Shown piece by piece: positions 53,360 through 64,000 of a stretch of 64,000 nucleotides of DNA. Made by a program: the position numbers and the translations under genes. The notes under the pieces were generated by a model. That model was not told the DNA's origin and did no database searches. It worked only from the letters and a program-made list of their open reading frames with translations. The DNA comes from the human T2T-CHM13v2.0 reference genome, Homo sapiens. Location: the NCBI RefSeq assembly GCF_009914755.1, contig NC_060948.1. One strand, given 5' to 3'. Every line of letters begins with the position of its first letter. Positions within the stretch are counted from its first letter, which is position 1.

Positions 53360-56300
53360 AGTGTTATGGAACGGACTCAAAAGGAATTGAATGTAATAGA
53401 ATGGAGTGGAGTGGACTCGAATATAATGGACTGGAATGGAATGAAATCACATGGAATGGGAACGAATGGAATGGAATGGAAAGGAATGGAATCGAATGGA
53501 AAGGAATCGAATGGAAGGGAATGAAATTGAATCAACAGGAATAGAAGGGAATAGAATAGACGGTAATGGAATGGACTCGAATAGAATGGACACGAATGCT
53601 CAAATTGAATGGACTCCAATGGAATGGAAACGAAAGGAATGTCATCGAATAGAATTGAATCAATTGGAATGAAATCGCAAGAATGGAGTGGAATCAAATG
53701 GAATTGAATCGAAAGGAAAGGAAGCGAATGGACTGAAATGAAATGGAATGGAATTGAATGGAAAGTAATGCAATGGAATAGAATGGAACGAAATTTCACG
53801 GAATGGAATCAAACTGAAAGGAATCAAATCAATGGAATCTAATCAAATGGAATGGAAAGGAATTGAATGGAGTAGATTGGATTGGATGGGATTGGAGTGA
53901 AATGTACTGGAAAGGACTCGAATTTCATGAAACGGAATGGAATGAATTGGAACGGAATGGACTCGAATGGAATGGAATTTCATGGAATGGCATCAAATGG
54001 AATGGCATCAAATGGAATGGAATCGAATGCAATGGAATGCTATGGAATGGAATGGAATGCATTGGAATGGAATGTCCTCTAATGGAATGGATTCGAGTGG
54101 AATGGAATCGAATATAATGGAGTCGAATGAAATGGAATTGAAAGGAATGGGATCGAATACAATGGAATATGCTGGAATGTAATGTAATGAACTCGAATGT
54201 AATTGACTGGAATGGAATGTACATGAATGGAATGTAATCGAATGGAAAGTAATCCAATGGAATAGAATCTAATGCAATAAAATCGACTCAGATAGAGTAG
54301 AATGTAATGGAATGGAGTGCAGTACAATGGAATGGAATGGAATGCAATGGAATGGAATGGAATGGAATGGAATGGAATGGAAGGGGATGGAATGGGATGG
54401 AATGGTATGGAATGGATAGTAATGGACTGGAGTGAAATGGACTGGAAAGGAATGGACTCAAATTGAAAGGGCTCGAAAGGAATGGAGTCAAATGGAATGG
54501 TCTGGAATGGAATGAACACGAATGTAATGCAATCCAATAGAATGGAATCGAATGGCATGGAATATAAAGAAATGGAATCGAAGAGAATGGAAACAAATGG
54601 AATGGAATTGAATGGAATGGAATTGAATGGAATGCGAACGAATGGAGTGAAATTGTATGCAGTAGAAGGGAATAGAATGGAATGCAAGCGAAAGGAAAGG
54701 AATGGATTGGAATGGAATGGAATTCATTGGAATGGAAGGGAATGTAGTGTAATGGACAGGCCTGGAATAAAGTGGAATGCTACTGTCTCGAATGGAATAA
54801 AAATGTATGGAATGGAATGCAATGAAACGGAATCGAATGTCATAGAATGTAATGGAATGCAAAAAAATGGAATCCAAAATCATTGACTGGAAAGGCTGGG
54901 TGTCGAAAGGAATTGACTCCAATGGAATGGAATCGAATGGAATGGAAGTGAATAGAATCGAACTAAATCGAATGGAATGGAATTGATAGGAACGGAATGG
55001 AAAGGAATGCAATGATTTGGCATGGAATGGAATCGAATGGCATCGAATGGAATGGAATGGAATGCAATGGAATGGAATGTATTAGAATGTAATGAACTTT
55101 AATGGAATGTACTCGAATGGATTCGACTGGAATGGAATGTTCTGGAAGTGAATGGACTCCAATGGAATGGATTCAAAAGGAATGGAATCGTACGGAATGG
55201 AATCTAATGGAATGGAATTAAATGGAAATGAATCAAATTGAATAGCACGGAATTGAATTGAATGGAATGGAATGCAATGGAATCTAATGAAACGGAAAGG
55301 AAAGGAATGGAATGGAATGGAATGGGCTGGAATGGAAAGGAATCGAAACGAATGGAATGGAATCGAACTGAAGAGACTGGAATGGAATGCACTGGAATGG
55401 AAGGGAGTGTAATGGAAGGTTCTCGAAAAAAATGGAATCGAATGGAATGGAATTGAATGGAACGGAATAGAGTCGAATGGAATTGAATGGAATGGAATGG
55501 ACTAGAGTGAAATGGAATCGAACCACAAGGAATGGACAGGAATAGAATGGTCTCGAATTGAATGGAATCGTATGGAATGGCATCAAACGGAATGGAATGG
55601 ACAGCCACGGAATGGAATGCACTCGAATGCAATGGAGTCGAAACTAATGGACTGGAATAGAATGGACTCGACTGGTACGGACTCCAATGGAATGGAATCG
55701 AATGGAAGGGAATCGAACGGAATGGACTCGAAGGGAAAAGACTGCAATGGAAAGGTCTCGAATGGAATGGAAATTAATGGAATGGAATGGAATCGAATGA
55801 AATGGAGTCAAAAGGAATGGAATCGAATGGCAAGAAATCGAATGTAATGGAATCGCAAGGAATTGATGTGAACGGAACGGAATGGAATGGAATCCAAAGG
55901 AATGGAATAGAATGGAATGGAATCGAATGGAAAGGACTCGAATGGAAATCACTCGAATAGAATGCAATTTAATAAAATAGGATCAAATGTAATGGAATGG
56001 AATGGAAAGGAATCGAAACGAAAGGAATGGAGACAGATGGAATGGAATGGAACAGAGAGCAATGGTATAGAATGGAATGGAATCATCTGGAATGGAATTG
56101 AATGGAATGGAATAATATGAAATGGAATGGAATGGAATGGAATGGAATGTACTTGAATTAAATGGACTGGAATGGAATGGACTCGAACAGAGTGGAATGG
56201 AAAGTGTTGAGATAGAATGCAATGGACTCCTTTGGAATGGTGTAGTATGCAATGCAATCGACTGGCAGGGAATCAAAAGGAATGTAATGGAATGGATTGG

Positions 56301-56922
56301 ACTGGAATGCAATGGACTCGAATAGATTGGAAACGGAATGCAAAGGAATGGAATGGAATAGTATGGAATGGAATGGAAAGGAATGGAGTGGAATAGACTA
56401 GAGTGGAATGGAATGGACTGGAAAGCAATGGACTGGAATGGAACTTTCTTGAATGGACTGGAATCAAACGGAATGGAATGCAATGCAATCAAATGGCATG
56501 GAATAAAATAGAATGAAAGAGAACCAAATGGAATTGAATCGAATGGAATCGAATGGATTGGAAAGGAATAGAATGGAATGGAATGGAATTGACTCAAATG
56601 GAATGGACTAGAATGGAATGGATTCGAATGGAAGGCAAAGGAATGGAATCTATTGGAATGGACTGTAATGGAATGGAATGGAAGGGATTGGAATGGACTC
56701 GAATGGAATGGACTGCAATAGAAAGGATTCGAATGGAATGAAAAAGAATTGAATGGAATAGAACAGAATGGAATCAAATCGAATGAAATGGAATGGAATA
56801 GAAAGGAATGGAATGAAATGGAATGGAAAGGATTCGAATGGAATGCAATCGAATGGAATGGAATCGAACGGAATGGAATAAAATGGAAGAAAACTGGCAA
56901 GAAATGGAATCGAAATGAATGG
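53360..56922 (+). repeat. DYZ1 unit 16 (3563 bp)
   Basis: Landmark spacing; same -1 bp (CGCAAGAAT, ~53679) as unit 5. Confidence 0.9.
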
Positions 56923-59900
56923 AGTGTTATGGAACGGACTCAAAAGGAATTGAATGTAATAGAATGGAGTGGAGTGGACTCGAATATAATGGACTGGAAT
57001 GGAATGAAATCACATGGAATGGGAACGAATGGAATGGAATGGAAAGGAATGGAATCGAATGGAAAGGAATCGAATGGAAGGGAATGAAATTGAATCAACA
57101 GGAATGGAAGGGAATAGAATAGACGGTAATGGAATGGACTCGAATAGAATGGACACGAATGCTCAAATCGAATGGACTCGAATGGAATGGAAACGAAAGG
57201 AATGTCATCGAATGGAATTGAATGGATTGGAATGAAATCGCATAGAATGGAGTGGAATCAAATGGAATTGAATCGAAAGGAAAGGAAGCGAATGGACTGA
57301 AATGAAATGAAATGGAATTGAATGGAAAGTAATGCAATGGAATAGAATGGAACGAAATTTCACGGAATGGAATCAAACTGAATGGAATCAAATCAATGGA
57401 ATCAAATCAAATGGAATGGAAAGGAATTGAATGGAGTAGATTGGATTGGATGGGATTGGAATGAAATGTACTGGAAAGGACTCGAATTTCATGAAACGGA
57501 ATGGAATGAATTGGAACGGAATGGACTCGAATGGAATGGAATGTCATGGAATGGCATCAAATGGAATGGCATCAAATGGAATGGAATCGAATGCAATGGA
57601 ATGCTATGGAATGGAATGGAATGCATTGGAATGGAATGTCCTCTAATGGAATGGATTCGAGTGGAATGGAATCGAATATAATGGAGTCGAATGAAATGGA
57701 ATTGAAAGGAATGGGATCGAATAGAATGGAATATACTGGAATGTAATGTAATGAACTCGAATGTAATTGACTGGAATGGAATGTACATGAATGGAATGTA
57801 ATCGATTGGAAAGTAATCCAATGGAATAGAATCTAATGCAATAAAATCGACTCAGATAGAGTAGAATGTAATGGAATGGAGTGCAGTGCAATGGAATGGA
57901 ATGGAATGGAATGCAATGGAATGGAATGGAATGGAATGGAATGGGATGGAATGGGATGGAATGGTATGGAATGGATAGTAATGGACTGGAGTGAAATGGA
58001 CTGGAAAGGAATGGACTCAAATTGAAAGGGCTCGAAAGGAATGGAGTCAAATGGAATGGTCTGGAATGGAATGAACACGAATGTAATGCAATCCAATAGA
58101 ATGGAATCGAATGGCATGGAATATAAAGAAATGGAATCGAAGAGAATGGAAACAAATGGAATGGAATTGAATGGAATGGAATTGAATGGAATGGGAACGA
58201 ATGGAGTGAAATTGTATGCAGTAGAAGGGAATAGAATGGAATGCAAGCGAAAGGAAAGGAATGGATTGGAATGGAATGGAATTCATTGGAATGGAAGGGA
58301 ATGTCGTGTAATGGACAGGCCTGGAATAAAGTGGAATGCTACGGTCTCGAATGGAATAAAAATGTATGGAATGGAATGCAATGAAACGTAATCGAATGTC
58401 ATAGAATGTAATGGAATGCAAAAAAATGGAATCCAAAATCATTGACTGGAAAGGCTGGGTGTCGAAAGGAATTGACTCCAATGGAATGGAATCGAATGGA
58501 ATGGAAGTGAATAGAATCGAACTAAATCGAATGGAATGGAATTGATAGGAACGGAATGGAAAGGAATGCAATGATTTGGCATGGAATGGAATCGAATGGC
58601 ATCGAATGGAATGGAATGGAATGCAATGGAATGGAATGTATTAGAATGTAATGAACTTTAATGGAATGTACTCGAATGGATTCGACTGGAATGGAATGTT
58701 GTGGAAGTGAATGGACTCCAATGGAATGGATTCAAAAGGAATGGAATCGTACGGAATGGAATCTAATGGAATGGAATTAAATGGAAATGAATCAAATTGA
58801 ATAGCACGGAATTGAATTGAATGGAATGGAATGCAATGGAATCTAATGAAACGGAAAGGAAAGGAATGGAATGGAATGGAATGGGCTGGAATGGAAAGGA
58901 ATCGAAACGAATGGAATGGAATCGAACTGAAGAGACTGGAATGGAATGCACTGGAATGGAAGGGAGTGTAATGGAAGGTTCTCGAAAAAAATGGAATCGA
59001 ATGGAATGGAATTGAATGGAACGGAATAGAGTCGAATGGAATTGAATGGAATGGAATGGACTAGAGTGAAATGGAATCGAACCACAAGGAATGGACAGGA
59101 ATAGAATGGTCTCGAATTGAATGGAATCGTATGGAATGGCATCAAACGGAATGGAATGGACAGCCACGGAATGGAATGCACTCGAATGCAATGGAGTCGA
59201 AACTAATGGACTGGAATAGAATGGACTCGACTGGTACGGACTCCAATGGAATGGAATCGAATGGAAGGGAATCGAACGGAATGGACTCGAAGGGAAAAGA
59301 CTGCAATGGAAAGGTCTCGAATGGAATGGAAATTAATGGAATGGAATGGAATCGAATGAAATGGAGTCAAAAGGAATGGAATCGAATGGCAAGAAATCGA
59401 ATGTAATGGAATCGCAAGGAATTGATGTGAACGGAACGGAATGGAATGGAATCCAAAGGAATGGAATAGAATGGAATGGAATCGAATGGAAAGGACTCGA
59501 ATGGAAATCACTCGAATAGAATGCAATTTAATAAAATAGGATCAAATGTAATGGAATGGAATGGAAAGGAATCGAAACGAAAGGAATGGAGACAGATGGA
59601 ATGGAATGGAACAGAGAGCAATGGTATAGAATGGAATGGAATCATCTGGAATGGAATTGAATGGAATGGAATAATATGAAATGGAATGGAATGGAATGGA
59701 ATGGAATGCCCTTGAATTAAATGGACTGGAATGGAATGGACTCGAAGAGAGTGGAATGGAAAGTGTTGAGATAGAATGGAATGGACTCCTTTGGAATGGT
59801 GTAGTATGCAATGCAATCGACTGGCAGGGAATCAAAAGGAATGTAATGGAATGGATTGGACTGGAATGCAATGGACTCGAATAGATTGCAAACGGAATGC

Positions 59901-60481
59901 AAAGGAATGGAATGGAATAGTATGGAATGGAATGGAAAGGAATGGAGTGGAATAGACTAGAGTGGAATGGAATGGACTGGAAAGCAATGGACTGGAATGG
60001 AACTTTCTTGAATGGACTGCAATCAAACGGAATGGAATGCAATGCAATCAAATGGCATGGAATAAAATAGAATGAAAGAGAATCAAATGGAATTGAATCG
60101 AATGGAATCGAATGGATTGGAAAGGAATAGAATGGAATGGAATGGAATTGACTCAAATGGAATGGACTAGAATGGAATGGATTCGAATGGAAGGCAAAGG
60201 AATGGAATCTATTGGAATGGACTGTAATGGAATGGAATGGAAGAGATTGGAATGGACTCGAATGGAATGGACTGCAATAGAAAGGATTCGAATGGAATGA
60301 AAAAGAATTGAATGGAATAGAACAGAATGGAATCAAATCGAATGAAATGGAATGGAATAGAAAGGAATGGAATGAAATGGAATGGAAAGGATTCGAATGG
60401 AATGCAATCGAATGGAATGGAATCGAACGGAATGGAATAAAATGGAAGAAAACTGACAAGAAATGGAATCGAAATGAATGG
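56923..60481 (+). repeat. DYZ1 unit 17 (3559 bp)
   Basis: Landmark spacing. Confidence 0.9.
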
Positions 60482-63400
60482 AGTGTTATGGAACGGACTC
60501 AAAAGGAATTGAATGTAATAGAATGGAGTGGAGTGGACTCGAATATAATGGACTGGAATGGAATGAAATCACAAGGAATGGGAACGAATGGAATGGAATG
60601 GAAAGGAATGGAATCGAATGGAAAGGAATCGAATGGAAGGGAATGAAATTGAATCAACAGGAATGGAAGGGAATAGAATAGACGGTAATGGAATGGACTC
60701 GAATAGAATGGACACGAATGCTCAAATTGAATGGACTCGAATGGAATGGAAACGAAAGGAATGTCATCGAATGGAATTGAATGGATTGGAATGAAATCGC
60801 ATAGAATGGAGTGGAATCAAATGGAATTGAATCGAAAGGAAAGGAAGCGAATGGACTGAAATGAAATGGAATGGAATTGAATGGAAAGTAATGCAATGGA
60901 ATAGAATGGAACGAAATTTCACGGAATGGAATCAAACTGAATGGAATCAAATCAATGGAATCAAATCAAATGGAATGGAAAGGAATTGAATGGAGTAGAT
61001 TGGATTGGATGGGATTGGAATGAAATGTACTGGAAAGGACTCGAATTTCATGAAACGGAATGGAATGAATTGGAACGGAATGGACTCGAATGGAATGGAA
61101 TGTCATGGAATGGCATCAAATGGAATGGCATCAAATGGAATGGAATCGAATGCAATGGAATGCTATGGAATGGAATGGAATGCATTGGAATGGAATGTCC
61201 TCTAATGGAATGGATTCGAGTGGAATGGAATCGAATATAATGGAGTCGAATGAAATGGAATTGAAAGGAGTGGGATCGAATACAATGGAATATACTGGAA
61301 TGTAATGTAATGAACTCGAATGTAATTGACTGGAATGGAATGTACATGAAAGGAATGTAATCGAATGGAAAGTAATCCAATGGAATAGAATCTAATGCAA
61401 TAAAATCGACTCAGATAGAGTAGAATGTAATGGAATGGAGTGCAGTGCAATGGAATGGAATGGAATGGAATGCAATGGAATGGAATGGAATGGAATGGAA
61501 TGGAATGGGATGGAATGGGATGGAATGGATAGTAATGGACTGGAGTGAAATGGACTGGAAAGGAATGGACTCAAATTGAAAGGGCTCGAAAGGAATGTAG
61601 TCAAATGGAATGGTCTGGAATGGAATGAACAGGAATGTAATGCAATCCAATAGAATGGAATCGAATGGCATGGAATATAAAGAAATGGAATCGAAGAGAA
61701 TGGAAACAAATGGAATGGAATTGAATGGAATGGAATTGAATGGAATGGGAACGAATGGAGTGAAATTGTATGCAGTAGAAGGGAATAGAATGGAATGCAA
61801 GCGAAAGGAAAGGAATGGATTGGAATGGAATGGAATTCATTGGAATGGAAGGGAATGTCGTGTAATGGACAGGCCTGGAATAAAGTGGAATGCTACGGTC
61901 TCGAATGGAATAAAAATGTATGGAATGGAATGCAATGAAACGGAATCGAATGTCATAGAATGTAATGGAATGCAAAAAAATGGAATCCAAAATCATTGAC
62001 TGGAAAGGCTGGGTGTCGAAAGGAATTGACTCCAATGGTATGGAATCGAATGGAATGGAAGTGAATAGAATCGAACTAAATCGAATGGAATGGAATTGAT
62101 AGGAACGGAATGGAAAGGAATGCAATGAATTGGCATGGAATGGAATTGAATGGCATCGAATGGAATGGAATGGAATGCAATGGAATGGAATGTATTAGAA
62201 TGTAATGAACTTTAATGGAATGTACTCGAATGGATTCGACTGGAATGGAATGTTCTGGAAGTGAATGGACTCCAATGGAATGGATTCAAAAGGAATGGAA
62301 TCGTACGGAATGGAATCTAATGGAATGGAATTAAATGGAAATGAATCAAATTGAATAGCACGGAATTGAATTGAATGGAATGGAATGCAATGGAATCTAA
62401 TGAAACGGAAAGGAAAGGAATGGAATGGAATGGAATGGGCTGGAATGGAAAGGAATCGAAACGAATGGAATGGAATCGAACTGAAGAGACTGGAATGGAA
62501 TGCACTGGAATGGAAGGGAGTGTAATGGAAGGTTCTCGAAAAAAATGGAATCGAATGGAATGGAATTGAATGGAACGGAATAGAGTCGAATGGAATTGAA
62601 TGGAATGGAATGGACTAGAGTGAAATGGAATCGAACCACAAGGAATGGACAGGAATAGAATGGTCTCGAATTGAATGGAATCGTATGGAATGGCATCAAA
62701 CGGAATGGAATGGACAGCCACGGAATGGAATGCACTCGAATGCAATGGAGTCGAAACTAATGGACTGGAATAGAATGGACTCGACTGGTACGGACTCCAA
62801 TGGAATGGAATCGAATGGAAGGGAATCGAACGGAATGGACTCGAAGGGAAAAGACTGCAATGGAAAGGTCTCGAATGGAATGGAAATTAATGGAATGGAA
62901 TGGAATCGAATGAAATGGAGTCAAAAGGAATGGAATCGAATGGCAAGAAATCGAATGTAATGGAATCGCAAGGAATTGATGTGAACGGAACGGAATGGAA
63001 TGGAATCCAAAGGAATGGAATAGAATGGAATGGAATCGAATGGAAAGGACTCGAATGGAAATCACTCGAATAGAATGCAATTTAATAAAATAGGATCAAA
63101 TGTAATGGAATGGAATGGAAAGGAATCGAAACGAAAGGAATGGAGACAGATGGAATGGAATGGAACAGAGAGCAATGGTATAGAATGGAATGGAATCATC
63201 TGGAATGGAATTGAATGGAATGGAATAATATGAAATGGAATGGAATGGAATGGAATGGAATGCCCTTGAATTAAATGGACTGGAATGGAATGGACTCGAA
63301 CAGAGTGGAATGGAAAGTGTTGAGATAGAATGGAATGGACTCGTTTGGAATGGTGTAGTATGCAATGCAATCGACTGGCAGGGAATCAAAAGGAATGTAA

Positions 63401-64000
63401 TGGAATGGATTGGACTGGAATGCAATGGACTCGAATAGATTGGAAACGGAATGCAAAGGAAAGGAATGGAATAGTATGGAATGGAATGGAAAGGAATGGA
63501 GTGGAATAGACTAGAGTGGAATGGAATGGACTGGAAAGCAATGGACTGGAATGGAACTTTCTTGAATGGACTGGAATCAAACGGAATGGAATGCAATGCA
63601 ATCAAATGGCATGGAATAAAATAGAATGAAAGAGAATCAAATGGAATTGAATCGAATGGAATCGAATGGATTGGAAAGGAATAGAATGGAATGGAATGGA
63701 ATTGACTCAAATGGAATGGACTAGAATGGAATGGATTCGAATGGAAGGCAAAGGAATGGAATCTATTGGAATGGACTGTAATGGAATGGAATGGAAGGGA
63801 TTGGAATGGACTCGAATGGAATGGACTGCAATAGAAAGGATTCGAATGGAATGAAAAAGAATTGAATGGAATAGAACAGAATGGAATCAAATCGAATGAA
63901 ATGGAATGGAATAGAAAGGAATGGAATGAAATGGAATGGAAAGGATTCGAATGGAATGCAATCGAATGGAATGGAATCGAACGGAATGGAATAAAATGGA
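60482..64000 (+). repeat. DYZ1 unit 18 (truncated by window end, ~35 bp short)
   Basis: Landmark at 60482; ends at GGAATAAAATGGA just before the AAAACTGGCAAG landmark. Confidence 0.88.

Larger units (their letters stand above)
1..64000 (+). repeat. DYZ1: Human satellite III (HSat3), DYZ1 array of Yq12 heterochromatin; degenerate (GGAAT)n in ~3.56-kb tandem units
   Basis: Continuous GGAAT/CGAAT/TGAAT/GGACT pentamers. The landmark AGTGTTATGG recurs every 3523-3584 bp, and three units are 3564 bp, the length I recall for the published DYZ1 unit. One GGCC and one GAATTC per unit. The unit contains GGACAGGCCTGGAATAAAGTGGA and TTGAATGGAATGGGAACGAATGG, which match the classic DYZ1 sexing primers as I recall them (154 bp span, 15426-15579). 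Confidence 0.96.

Noticed and set aside
92-63890. Hundreds of ORFs (MEWNG-rich on +, FHSIP-rich on -, up to 318 aa)
   Set aside because: Pure (GGAAT)n and (ATTCC)n contain no stop codons in any frame. The peptides are 15-nt periodic translations that overlap in all frames and are broken differently among units. There is no domain or gene structure.
1-64000. CRISPR-like or phage/repeat-protein system
   Set aside because: No repeat-spacer architecture with unique spacers and no associated genes; this is a eukaryotic satellite.
1-64000. Inversion, DYZ2/HSat1B block, or Alu/L1 insertion
   Set aside because: The G-rich strand stays on + throughout, and every unit length is accounted for by small indels. 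No foreign sequence is seen.
1-64000. HSat2 or autosomal HSat3 (e.g. chr9) assignment
   Set aside because: Lacks the CATTCGATTC-dominated HSat2 pattern. The 3.56-kb period with single HaeIII/EcoRI sites fits DYZ1.

Overview
The whole 64-kb window is human satellite III (HSat3), specifically the Yq12 DYZ1 array. It consists of degenerate (GGAAT)n pentamers, G-rich on the + strand throughout, organised into 17 complete and 1 nearly complete head-to-tail units of 3523-3584 bp. Three units are exactly 3564 bp. Each unit normally carries one HaeIII/StuI site and one EcoRI site, the classic male-specific ~3.4-3.6-kb band. I see no genes, RNA genes, transposons, inversions or DYZ2 blocks, and all listed ORFs are pentamer translation artefacts. 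I found no convincing new coding system; the interesting signal is internal structure. (1) Three perfect HSF1-type heat-shock elements recur in each unit. (2) One slippage-prone tract accounts for most unit-length variation. (3) A CpG-depleted subfamily (units 1-3) grades through a mosaic unit 4 into the main type. (4) There is a near-perfect recent tandem duplication offset from unit boundaries. (5) Units 5 and 16, 39 kb apart, share private haplotypes. (6) Several local mutation clusters occur. All comparisons were done by eye, not by computed alignment.
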